Shown here: positions 1 to 8,706 of the stretch, one piece after another
Numbering within the stretch: the stretch's first letter is position 1
Layout of the letters: each line of letters starts with the position of its first letter
From: a virus
Taxonomy: Duplodnaviria > Caudoviricetes
Virus record (IMG/VR): IMGVR_UViG_3300035235_000641
Coordinates: 1 to 38,330 of that record
Strand: one strand, 5' to 3'
Length of the DNA stretch: 38,330 nucleotides
The notes under the pieces: model-generated
Database searches by the model: none
Seen by the model: only the letters and a program-made list of their open reading frames with translations
Told to the model about the DNA's origin: nothing
Program-made: the position numbers and the translations under genes

Positions 1-139
1 ACTGTGTTGTGTTTTTCGATTGCTAACAGTCAACCTACATCAATCCTGCCGCCCTACTACCGGACGCGGCTCAACGTGTACGAGTGTCCTTATCACGGGA
101 CCTTTTTCTCAGCGGTATTTGTAAACTGGCCCGCTAACC
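1..139 (-). ncRNA. Candidate structured non-coding RNA directly downstream of the GIY-YIG gene (truncated by window edge)
   Basis: 70/140 GC counted, against a strongly AT-rich background; only minus-strand ATG is followed by TAG; stems 109-115/131-137 (7 bp incl. a G-U on minus strand), 86-89/98-101, 48-52/66-70. Confidence 0.5.
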
Positions 140-589
140 TTAGGTGTTAGATTGTTTTGCCTTGATGTTTTGTTCTAGCAATGCCTGTTTTAGTTTGTCT
201 GAACCGCCTACTCTAACATTAATGATACCATTATAGTAATCATCAGTTTCAAGTACACGCCTGTCAAACTGTTCTCTTGCCTCTATGTAGGACATTTCGC
301 CCCTACCTTTACATAGGTATAATATTTCTCTTGTAAACTTGTCTTCGCCTAGTTTGGCAACATCTGCGTTTAGTCTATCACTAGATCCCCAGTAATCTCT
401 CCAATCGCTTTCTTTAGTGCCTCGTCTTTTATTTTTCTTGCCTTTAAGTGGTGGCTTAGTAGTTTTAAATTTTGCTAGTTTTTTACCTATATATTTTTGG
501 CCTGTAGTGGTATTTGTAATTAAATAAACAAAACCTTCATATTCGCTTGGTATTTTGTCTATTACTTCGTCTTGATAAGTCCACTGCAT
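140..589 (-). CDS. Stand-alone GIY-YIG (Seg-like) endonuclease, catalytic domain only
   Basis: GFVYLITN...YIGKK motif, YWGSS, FTREIL, conserved Glu (YIEAREQ) and YYN. Confidence 0.85.
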   Translation of the reverse strand: MQWTYQDEVIDKIPSEYEGFVYLITNTTTGQKYIGKKLAKFKTTKPPLKGKKNKRRGTKESDWRDYWGSSDRLNADVAKLGEDKFTREILYLCKGRGEMSYIEAREQFDRRVLETDDYYNGIINVRVGGSDKLKQALLEQNIKAKQSNT

Positions 590-610
590 GAACTTATATA
601 TGTTTGCCTG

Positions 611-820
611 TTATTTTGGACCGTCGGTCCTGGTTGTTCTTGTTGTATTGTGTATTGTGTGTATTTCTTCTGCTCGATCTTTTGCTAGTCTACGTATTTC
701 ACGTAGCCATTTTCTACTTTCACGGTGTGTTCTTACTGAATTACGAGCTTCGAACTTTTCATTAGCCCTAAAGTAAGCCATATATGCTTTAGTTAAAAGA
801 TCGTGTGTGTCATCACTCAT
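611..820 (-). CDS. Small basic hypothetical protein
   Basis: 69 aa, ATG overlaps end of gp46 gene, co-oriented, fills the gap. Confidence 0.7.
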   Translation of the reverse strand: MSDDTHDLLTKAYMAYFRANEKFEARNSVRTHRESRKWLREIRRLAKDRAEEIHTIHNTTRTTRTDGPK

Positions 821-2588
821 TGTGTATCTCTACATCGTTTTCGTATGATGTAAACCCGTTTTCTTTTATTACTTTAAGAACATGTGTTACTCTTCCTACT
901 AATTCATCTTTATGCGATATTAAGTATACGTTTTTCTGACGTTCTCGACCCATTTTCTTAAGAACTGTTAGTGCGTTTTCAACGCCAGCAGTATCTAATC
1001 CATTATCAATAAGTTCGTCAATAAACAACAAGTTAATATTTTGATATAAACTTTCCCAAACATCTCTAAACGCAAAACTCATACCAAGTATAAGTCTATT
1101 ACGCTCGCCTCTACTTAAATTATCAAAGTCTAAATCTTGTCCTAATTGTGTAATTTCAACTGCTAGATCGTTTTTAAATACAACCTGATGTGGTAGTCCT
1201 AGCTTATCAAGGTACGTTGTAAGTCTGTTATTAAGATATGCTAAGTTTTGATCAATAATTTTTTTACGTATAAAACTATCTTTATTTGTTAACAGTTTTA
1301 ATAAAAACTCCTGATGATCTTTTAAGTCAGTATATGTATTAATTGTAGTCCAGTCAATTTCCTGTATAGCGGTTTCTTTTAAATCTTTTATTTGTTCAGC
1401 ATAAGGATCGTTTTCTTCTTGCTTATTAGTTAATGCTTTTTGTAAGTTCTCAACATTGCTTCTGTGATCATATGCTTCTTTAGCAGTTTCGTAAAACGTA
1501 GTAGGCTTTCCATTTATATCACCAATAGAATCTAAAGAAGCCATAACGTCTTTTACTTTACCGTTAATTTCTTCTTGATATGATTTAGCATCAGTAAGCT
1601 CTTTAGATTTACGTTCGGCAATTTCTGCTTTTTTGTCTGCGTGAAGTTCTTGTCCACATGTATAACACACAGCATCTTCTAATTCTGTAATGTCTTTATT
1701 AACTTTATTAACACTCTTATCAGCACGTACTAGTGCTGGTTCTAATGTACTAAGTTCTTTCTTAAGAGCCATAATAGCATTATTATGTTCAGTCCAGTTA
1801 GATAGTTTTTCATGCGAATCTAACTCAAAATCAATATCTAAATGCTCTAATTCGTCTATTCCTTTGCGTAGTTTTTCTATGTCTTGTGATTGTTTTTCTT
1901 TCCAAGCACTTTCTTTTAATTCTAAACTACGGATAGTACTGCCAATATGTTCGTTACTAGATTGTTGTGCTGTAAGTTTAGCATTTTCTTCAGTAATATT
2001 TTCTTTAGTTTTTCTAATTTGTTCTTTAAGTGTTTCTGCTTTTTCACTTAGTATTGTAATACCTAGCAACTGTTCAATAATATCTTTTTGATCGTTAACA
2101 CGCATACTTAAAAACGGTTCAGTGTACGTATTGAGTGCTAAGATATGCTTAAACATATTATGACTCATACCAAGTAAGTCTTGAATATCTTCTTGTGTTT
2201 TGCGTGAATCGCCTTGCGACTCGTCTAACATTTCTTGTTCTTGCCCGTCTACATAAAACTTTAAAATATTAGGTGAACGACCTCTTTCAATTTTATATTC
2301 TCTGCCGTCTTTCTCAAAAGACAGTGTAACCAACATACCTTTGCTATTAGTTTTATTAATTAGATTATTACGTTTGATATTTGTTAACGCAAGTCCGTAC
2401 AATGCGTAAGACAACGCATTAATAATTGTAGTTTTACCTGTACCGTTACGTGAACCGCTATCGTCACCACCTTGGTCAAGATTTTCTCCTAGCACAAGCG
2501 TAATCTGTTGTGTATCAAAGTCAACTGCTTGAGTCTGATTGCCCACACTCATGAAGTTCTTTACTGTTAAACTTTTTATTTTAATCAT
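813..2588 (-). CDS. gp46: gp46-like recombination nuclease ATPase subunit (SbcC/Rad50 family)
   Basis: KNFMSVG N-terminus, Walker A NGTGKTT, coiled coil with CYTC zinc hook, signature LSRGE, Walker B LLFIDE, ISH switch. Confidence 0.95.
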   Translation of the reverse strand: MIKIKSLTVKNFMSVGNQTQAVDFDTQQITLVLGENLDQGGDDSGSRNGTGKTTIINALSYALYGLALTNIKRNNLINKTNSKGMLVTLSFEKDGREYKIERGRSPNILKFYVDGQEQEMLDESQGDSRKTQEDIQDLLGMSHNMFKHILALNTYTEPFLSMRVNDQKDIIEQLLGITILSEKAETLKEQIRKTKENITEENAKLTAQQSSNEHIGSTIRSLELKESAWKEKQSQDIEKLRKGIDELEHLDIDFELDSHEKLSNWTEHNNAIMALKKELSTLEPALVRADKSVNKVNKDITELEDAVCYTCGQELHADKKAEIAERKSKELTDAKSYQEEINGKVKDVMASLDSIGDINGKPTTFYETAKEAYDHRSNVENLQKALTNKQEENDPYAEQIKDLKETAIQEIDWTTINTYTDLKDHQEFLLKLLTNKDSFIRKKIIDQNLAYLNNRLTTYLDKLGLPHQVVFKNDLAVEITQLGQDLDFDNLSRGERNRLILGMSFAFRDVWESLYQNINLLFIDELIDNGLDTAGVENALTVLKKMGRERQKNVYLISHKDELVGRVTHVLKVIKENGFTSYENDVEIHNE

Positions 2589-3595
2589 AGTTCGTCATAT
2601 ATCCCTAATAGAACACTTTTATTATAATTTTCAGTATCAATTGCTGAAATTTCTTTAGTAACAATTTGATCAACACTTTCAAAAGTACTAATATCAATAT
2701 CAGTGTGTATCTCTTCGTCTTGTTGACTAGGAATTAGTGTAATCTCTCTACAACCGTGTTGAGTAATATATGTTTCTTTAATAAATTGTGCTTCTTCGTA
2801 ACTAATAGGCAAGTCTAGTGTAACACGCAAATACATATTAGGTTTAATAATATCTGAGTCCGGGTCAAGAAGTTTACTAAGAGTAGTTGTACGATACTTA
2901 GGACAGTCAGGCCAATTTAAATATTTAGGTTCTTCATTATTTTCTTTATCAAGAATCATCATTCCGCGATCATCATCCCACGCATCAGCATAGTTGTGAG
3001 GGAAAGCATTACCTAGATATTGTATTTTTCCTTGTACTTGCCGTTTGTGGAAGTGTCCGCTAAACACATACTCTTGATGTTCAAAATGTTCTGGTTTTAA
3101 ATCACCGTGGTCAGGCATCTTTACAAGTGCGTTCATATAAAAATTAGGAAGTTCAAAATGTCCAAACATATATTTTGCTTTAATCTTTTGAATGTTTTTC
3201 CATTCGTCGCCTACTAACCAAGGCACCAATGCTACATCGTCTTTTACAGTAGTTTCTTCAATATAAGTAATACCGGGAATATGTTTGGCAAACTCTACTG
3301 AAAAAACATCACGTTTATCTTTATAGTATAAATCGTGATTGCCAGCAAAGAAATAAAAATTTTCAAATGCCGCACCTAACTTTTCAAGACACCTAGTAGT
3401 GCTATCAAGTGTTTGTACGTTAATTGTATTTCTATTATGATGCCAGTCTCCACAAAAAATACCAGTTTCACAACCGTTAGCTTTTGCTTGTTCAATGTAC
3501 CAATCAACAAAGTCTTCACAGTCTTGAAGATGTTGTCGACTATTTGATTTTAATCCTAAATGTATGTCCGTAAACACAGCCGCTTTTTTAAACAA
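2585..3595 (-). CDS. gp47: gp47-like recombination nuclease subunit (SbcD/Mre11 metallophosphoesterase)
   Basis: DIH, GDWHH, GNHD, GHF, SGHFH motifs; TTG start with AAGGA SD; ATGA overlap with gp46. Confidence 0.95.
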   Translation of the reverse strand: MFKKAAVFTDIHLGLKSNSRQHLQDCEDFVDWYIEQAKANGCETGIFCGDWHHNRNTINVQTLDSTTRCLEKLGAAFENFYFFAGNHDLYYKDKRDVFSVEFAKHIPGITYIEETTVKDDVALVPWLVGDEWKNIQKIKAKYMFGHFELPNFYMNALVKMPDHGDLKPEHFEHQEYVFSGHFHKRQVQGKIQYLGNAFPHNYADAWDDDRGMMILDKENNEEPKYLNWPDCPKYRTTTLSKLLDPDSDIIKPNMYLRVTLDLPISYEEAQFIKETYITQHGCREITLIPSQQDEEIHTDIDISTFESVDQIVTKEISAIDTENYNKSVLLGIYDEL

Positions 3596-3603
3596 AATAT
3601 ATC

Positions 3604-3649
3604 CTTTATAGTCTTAACCTTTATATTATAACTTATTTTAAGACTAAAG
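3604..3649 (-). repeat. Inverted repeat able to occlude gp47 SD
   Basis: TAGTCTTAA (3609-3617) / TTAAGACTA (3638-3646) perfect 9 bp, extendable to 12 bp with a 2-nt bulge. Confidence 0.65.
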
Positions 3650-3653
3650 TCAA
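3625..3653 (-). promoter_or_regulatory. sigma70-type promoter for gp47-gp46 operon
   Basis: Minus strand TTGACT (3653-3648), 17-bp spacer, TATAAT (3630-3625). Confidence 0.85.
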
Positions 3654-4492
3654 GTCTTTTTCTCCTTAGCCAGCTTTTTTTGGTGTTCTTCTATTTGACG
3701 CTCCCACTGACCTTGATTTTGTCTAGTAAAACTAGGATTCATATCGTTCATTTCAAGAATATCGTCTCTAATGTTTTGATTGCGTTTTTCGATGTTAATC
3801 ACTCTTACAAAAGAGTTAGTAACTGCCGCAGTATAATAAGCAAATGGATTGTTTGATTTTGACTCATCAAACTGTAAGCCAATTTGTGCTAACTGTAGAA
3901 TTGCTTGTCCACGCATTTCGTCATTGTAAGTGTATCCACGTACATTGCCTCTTGTTGCGTATCTATCACATAACTTCATCCACATCATAGCAAGTTTGTT
4001 GGTTGCTTTGCCGCCTCTAAGATTAAAGAAGCCGTTTTCCATACCGCCTTCCCAATGACTTTTACCTACACAATCTAGTTCTTTTCCTTCACTATTAAAT
4101 TTAAAATGTTGAAAAGGTGGAAAATTTAACTTTACCTTTGTATCTGCTACAGTCTTAGGGTTCTTTTTACGTCCTGGCTCTTCAGGAATATGGTCAAATG
4201 ACATAATTCTAAATACCAGTTCTTCTTTTGTAATTTTTCTATAATCGATTTCAAATTCAGCTAATTTTACTTTTTTACCAGCTAGTTTAGCGGCTTCAAA
4301 ATTTTGTTGTTGTAATCGTTTAGCCTTGTTACGCTTTGCTTCAGCAATAGTTCTAACATTGATTTTATCTATAGTAGGTAAAATTATGTCATATTGACCA
4401 TGGCTATCTTCAGTATAACTACAAAAGGTGCTTTTTGACTTGTGTATCTCTTTTAAGATATCTTTATTGTTTAAATAATTTACTTTTTTCAT
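3650..4492 (-). CDS. gp55: gp55-like late-transcription sigma factor with large insertion
   Basis: NYLNNKD N-terminal motif, GYTYNDEM, FDESKSNNPFAYYT...NSFVRVINIEKR; adjacent to gp47/gp46 as in T4. Confidence 0.85.
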   Translation of the reverse strand: MKKVNYLNNKDILKEIHKSKSTFCSYTEDSHGQYDIILPTIDKINVRTIAEAKRNKAKRLQQQNFEAAKLAGKKVKLAEFEIDYRKITKEELVFRIMSFDHIPEEPGRKKNPKTVADTKVKLNFPPFQHFKFNSEGKELDCVGKSHWEGGMENGFFNLRGGKATNKLAMMWMKLCDRYATRGNVRGYTYNDEMRGQAILQLAQIGLQFDESKSNNPFAYYTAAVTNSFVRVINIEKRNQNIRDDILEMNDMNPSFTRQNQGQWERQIEEHQKKLAKEKKT

Positions 4493-4514
4493 ATTTTCTC
4501 CAGTTTGTACTCAT

Positions 4515-4543
4515 ATTATAAACTCAGTAGTTAATAAAGTCAA
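4515..4543 (-). promoter_or_regulatory. sigma70-type promoter for gp55
   Basis: Minus strand TTGACT (4543-4538), 17-bp spacer, TATAAT (4520-4515); GGAG SD before ATG 4492. Confidence 0.85.
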
Positions 4544-4544
4544 C

Positions 4545-4550
4545 TAAATA
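4545..4550 (+). promoter_or_regulatory. Late promoter box TAAATA
   Basis: Core of T4 TATAAATA, upstream of first structural gene. Confidence 0.65.
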
Positions 4551-4576
4551 ATGCATAATATAAGGAAATTAAAATT

Positions 4577-5476
4577 ATGGACTTTAAAGACCGAGACCCA
4601 GGGGTACCAGGCATACAATTAACAGGAAATCCTGGATTTAACGTGCCAAAAAAAGGTTTGGGCCAAAACGTAAATGCTGGCACTTTACCATTTTCAACAG
4701 AAGACATACCAGGACCAATCAAAGATATTGGCCAACAAATCTTCAGCGGCGTAGGCGGCGCAGTAGGAAAATTTGCTAGTGCTTTTAGATCACAAAATCT
4801 TCCAGGTGCTGATGGCGCTGGCGGCGGTATTGAAGCTGAACCAGCAGTTTTTGCCGCGTCTGATGTTGAAGAAAAGGATTGGAGAGTTTCTTTAAGTTTA
4901 CCTAATAATCCTGCCGCTTTCAAAATGTCTCCTGTAATGTCACCACTTCAAAGTACTGGAAATAGAATGGTATTTCCATATACGCCCTCAATTATTATTC
5001 AGCATAATGCCAACTATAATGCTACTGCCCCTGTACATAGTAATTATCCGTTCTTTGCGTATCAGAACTCAAGTGTGGAAGCTATAAACATCACAGGACA
5101 ACTGTATGTACAAAATTCTTTAGAAGCTCAATATTGGGTAGCATGTGTACATTACTTAAGGTCAATTACTAAAATGGATTATGGACGATTTGCTACAGGT
5201 AATCCTCCACCAATTGTAAAACTTAACGGCTACGGAGATTATGTTTTTAATAATGTTCCTGTAGTAATTACAACATTTTCAGTTGATATGCCAAGAGACG
5301 TTGATTACATTGCTACAAATTTTGCTACAAGAGGAAGTCCTGAAAATATAGGATGGGCACCATCAGAATCTCAAATCAACGTAGTAGCTCAACCAATGTA
5401 CAGTAGAGATACTACATCAAAATTTAACTACAGAGATTTTATCAGTGGATATAATTTAGGTAAAGGATATTTATAA
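4577..5476 (+). CDS. Probable baseplate tail-tube initiator/cap (gp48/gp54-like tube fold)
   Basis: VFPYTPSI and PPPIVKLNGYG...VVITTFSVD motifs typical of tube-like baseplate proteins; position before gp53-like gene. Confidence 0.6.
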   Translation: MDFKDRDPGVPGIQLTGNPGFNVPKKGLGQNVNAGTLPFSTEDIPGPIKDIGQQIFSGVGGAVGKFASAFRSQNLPGADGAGGGIEAEPAVFAASDVEEKDWRVSLSLPNNPAAFKMSPVMSPLQSTGNRMVFPYTPSIIIQHNANYNATAPVHSNYPFFAYQNSSVEAINITGQLYVQNSLEAQYWVACVHYLRSITKMDYGRFATGNPPPIVKLNGYGDYVFNNVPVVITTFSVDMPRDVDYIATNFATRGSPENIGWAPSESQINVVAQPMYSRDTTSKFNYRDFISGYNLGKGYL

Positions 5477-5766
5477 TGGCTAATAGTCCGTATAGAGATA
5501 CAAAATTTAATAGTGACGGAACTCTAGGAGTTTTAAACATCAGACCAGTGCCTGCTTACTCTGATGACCCGCTATATACTATTGAACCACAATATACACA
5601 TAGGCCAGATTTACTTGCGTATGATATGTATGGCGATCATAGTTTGTGGTGGATATTTGCTCAAAGGAATTTAGATATAATTGAAGACCCAGTATATGAC
5701 ATTGAAGCAGGACTACAAATCTACTTACCAGATCGAGCTCGTGTGTTAGAAACTTTAGGAGAATAA
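5476..5766 (+). CDS. gp53: gp53-like LysM-type baseplate wedge protein
   Basis: RPDLLAYDMYGDHSLWWIFAQRN...GLQIYLP. Confidence 0.8.
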   Translation: MANSPYRDTKFNSDGTLGVLNIRPVPAYSDDPLYTIEPQYTHRPDLLAYDMYGDHSLWWIFAQRNLDIIEDPVYDIEAGLQIYLPDRARVLETLGE

Positions 5767-5769
5767 GCC

Positions 5770-8706
5770 TTGCCTTATACACTACCTAAGCCTCCGTATA
5801 AAACCGATCCTAAAACAGGAAAAATTATTGGTGCGAAATATATCAGTCAAGCAGACTTAGATAAAAAAGGCCAGTACCAAGGTGAAGTTACAGAGGAAAA
5901 TGTAGAACAAAGTAAAAAAATTATGGCAGCCTTTGGATTTCCAGGGGCGTCAACTATGATTGATGATGCTAGAGCTGGCAAAAATCCGTTTGGAAATAAC
6001 GCATCAAATATATCTCTTTTGGGTGCATCTGATCTTGTAAAAAAGACTGGATCATCTACAGTGGGAGATGCCTCTAAACTCCAAGCTATAGAAAATAAAA
6101 AACTTGCCGAAAGTAATTTTGAAGCAGAGAGGTCAGCTATTGATTCTCTTAATTTTGAAAACAGTACAAAAAATGTTTTGTATAATTATGCTAGTGTAAA
6201 TCATATTTGGAAATTGGCCTGCCTTACACCAGATGATATTAACAGACCAGACAAAACATACAGAAGATTCGGCCCAAGCCCAAGACTAACAGCAATTGAT
6301 TCTAGCGGTAGATCAAATTCACAAAAAGTAAGAACAGCCGCAGAAGAAAAATTTAATATATCAACAGGTTATTTTATTGACGATATTGAAATTGGTTCTG
6401 TAATGGCTCCAACAAGTAAAACTAGACATACTAATGCTGTTAACATATCTTTTGAAGTTAGAGAACCTTATAGTATGGGGCAACTCTTTCAAACATTACA
6501 GGTTATTGCTAATAAAGCCGGATACGACAATTATTTAAAAGCTCCTTGGTTGCTTGAATGTACTTTTACTGGGTATAACTCTGAAGGTGTACTTCTAAGA
6601 GATTCAAAACTTAGAAGACAATTTCCAGTAAAACTTATCAAAACAGATTTTGAAGTAGATGATGCTGGCAGTATATATAAATTTACATGCGTAGCCCACA
6701 ATGAACAAGCACTTGAAGATACGGCTCAAGGATTAAAACAAGATTTTACTGTAAGTGGAAAAGATTTACAAGAAGTATTACAAACAGGTATTAACAGTTT
6801 AGCAACGCATATTAATACTAATCTTTTACGAGTTAAAAATCTTCAAGAAGATCAAGTAGAAGTTGATGAATATTTAATTTGCTTTCCTAGTGATAATAGT
6901 AGTAATAGTTTACAAGATGCTATAACAGGAATATCTAGTGATAAAACAGCTACCTCAGGTAATATGTCTAAAAAATCATTCACTGATGAAGATATTGCTG
7001 AAGCTTTTGATGATATTAAAGGCGGTTTTGTAAAAGATAATACAAATGAAGGCGCTTCATACAAACAACAAGAGAGAATATTTGTTGAAAGTAAATTAGG
7101 ATTTAGTATTAAAAGAGGTGATCTAAGTGAAAGTATAAAAAGTGTACTTGCGTCTCCGGGCGGAGACTGTAATAAAATTGGCAAGTCAAAAATAAAACCA
7201 AATGAAGATTTGTCCTCTGGTAATGTTCCATTTGGATTAAGTAATTATGCTTATAATACTGAGAATAAATTATTAGAAAAAAACGGAATCCGAATTAATC
7301 CAAATGAACGAACAATAACATTTAATGCAGGAACTAAGATACAAAGAGTTATTGAAGAATTAATTCTTATTAGTGAATACGGTAAAGATATTTTTAAAGA
7401 TGCTCAGGTAGCACCGGACGGAATGGTCAATTGGTTTAAAATTGAAACACAAGTTTTTATTATTGATGATAAAGCATCAGAAAGAGTTTACGGAAGAAAA
7501 CCTTATTTGTATGTATATAAAGTTATTCCTTATAAGGTACACAACAGTCATTTTCAAATGCCTAATAGTCCACCAAAAGGGTATGATAACCTTGAACCTG
7601 GAAGATCATATGAATACTTATATACAGGTAAGAACAAAGATATACTATCTTTTAATTTAGAGTTTAATAATTCATTTTATGAATCAATACAAATTGCTAG
7701 TATGGGAAATGAAGGGAACGATCCTTCGTCTCAAGGAAGTGTACAAGATACATATGAAACAGCGGCTGGAATTTCAGGCTCAGGCAAACAACGAGGAGGC
7801 GGAGACGGTTCTGAAGCTAAAATAGAAAATGTTGACTTAGATGCGCAATCCGCAGGAGCGGTTGCTGAAACAACTGCTATTAGTGTAGCAAGACAGTTTA
7901 ACCAAGCAATTATTGATGCTTCGGGTAGTTTAATTACAATTAATATGGAAATATTAGGAGATCCGTATTATCTAGCAGATAGTGGTGTAGGTAATTATTC
8001 GGCTGATTATACAGATCAGTTTAATGTAAACATTGACGGATCAGTTAATAGTAGTAATGGCGAAGTTGATTTTAATATTAGATTTAAAACTCCAATTGAT
8101 CTTAATCCAGATCAAGGTAATTACCTTATGAATAACGAAGTTGAAGGTGTATCAGACTTTGACGGACTTTATAGAATTGTTAGCGTTAATAGTAAGTTTT
8201 CTGGAAATGTGTTTACACAAGAATTAGTAGCCAATAAAAGAAAGAATCAGTCTCTATCTAAATTCCAAGAAGCTGAATCACAAAGAAAATTACAATTAGA
8301 AAAGAAACGAGAGAAACTTATTGCCGAAGCAAAAGCAACAGGTGATCCAGACCTAATTAGATTTGCTGAACTAGATCTTGATGCTGATGGCAAACTCCAA
8401 GAAAATGAAGCACTAGCAGGCGGACTAACTTCAGAAGAGAGAACACAATTAGCAACAACAAGAGCTAATAAATTAATAGTTAGAAAAGAAGGAGAGTTTG
8501 GAAACTCCGGAACAGGAAACGAAGTAGGAACACCTAAGAAAGCTCCAGAGAAGAAAGAAGCTCAAACTGCAACAGCTGATGATGGATATCCCCCAGTTGC
8601 TCAACCAAAACGATCAGGTGGTAAAGGAATATCAGGTAATGATCCGTATTATGTTTATGGATCTAGAAACATTCGTAAAAATAATAGTGGAGGTAACCTT
8701 ACGTGA
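5770..8706 (+). CDS. Probable baseplate hub protein (gp27/VgrG-head-like), 978 aa
   Basis: Position between gp53 and gp5; C-terminal EILGDP and FDGLYRIVSVNSKFSGNVFTQEL motif typical of hub proteins; TTG start with GGAG. Confidence 0.6.
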   Translation: MPYTLPKPPYKTDPKTGKIIGAKYISQADLDKKGQYQGEVTEENVEQSKKIMAAFGFPGASTMIDDARAGKNPFGNNASNISLLGASDLVKKTGSSTVGDASKLQAIENKKLAESNFEAERSAIDSLNFENSTKNVLYNYASVNHIWKLACLTPDDINRPDKTYRRFGPSPRLTAIDSSGRSNSQKVRTAAEEKFNISTGYFIDDIEIGSVMAPTSKTRHTNAVNISFEVREPYSMGQLFQTLQVIANKAGYDNYLKAPWLLECTFTGYNSEGVLLRDSKLRRQFPVKLIKTDFEVDDAGSIYKFTCVAHNEQALEDTAQGLKQDFTVSGKDLQEVLQTGINSLATHINTNLLRVKNLQEDQVEVDEYLICFPSDNSSNSLQDAITGISSDKTATSGNMSKKSFTDEDIAEAFDDIKGGFVKDNTNEGASYKQQERIFVESKLGFSIKRGDLSESIKSVLASPGGDCNKIGKSKIKPNEDLSSGNVPFGLSNYAYNTENKLLEKNGIRINPNERTITFNAGTKIQRVIEELILISEYGKDIFKDAQVAPDGMVNWFKIETQVFIIDDKASERVYGRKPYLYVYKVIPYKVHNSHFQMPNSPPKGYDNLEPGRSYEYLYTGKNKDILSFNLEFNNSFYESIQIASMGNEGNDPSSQGSVQDTYETAAGISGSGKQRGGGDGSEAKIENVDLDAQSAGAVAETTAISVARQFNQAIIDASGSLITINMEILGDPYYLADSGVGNYSADYTDQFNVNIDGSVNSSNGEVDFNIRFKTPIDLNPDQGNYLMNNEVEGVSDFDGLYRIVSVNSKFSGNVFTQELVANKRKNQSLSKFQEAESQRKLQLEKKREKLIAEAKATGDPDLIRFAELDLDADGKLQENEALAGGLTSEERTQLATTRANKLIVRKEGEFGNSGTGNEVGTPKKAPEKKEAQTATADDGYPPVAQPKRSGGKGISGNDPYYVYGSRNIRKNNSGGNLT

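Noticed and set aside
97-112. Minus-strand GAGAAAAAGGUCC resembling RNase P GAGGAAAGUCC
   Set aside because: Mismatches in the near-invariant motif; insufficient for a call
1-150. Plus-strand open frame containing ECPYHGTFF, resembling Rieske motif 2
   Set aside because: No CxH motif 15-20 residues upstream, GC-rich codons unlike the phage genes, too short a C-terminus; probably chance, though the left flank is needed to exclude it
1-610. GIY-YIG ORF as part of a group I intron
   Set aside because: Only 21 nt separate it from an intact upstream gene, leaving no room for the 5' intron core, and no interrupted host gene is visible
2425-2495. Insertion before Walker A and LSRGE signature in gp46
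   Set aside because: Such variants occur in phage SbcC-like proteins; all catalytic motifs are present
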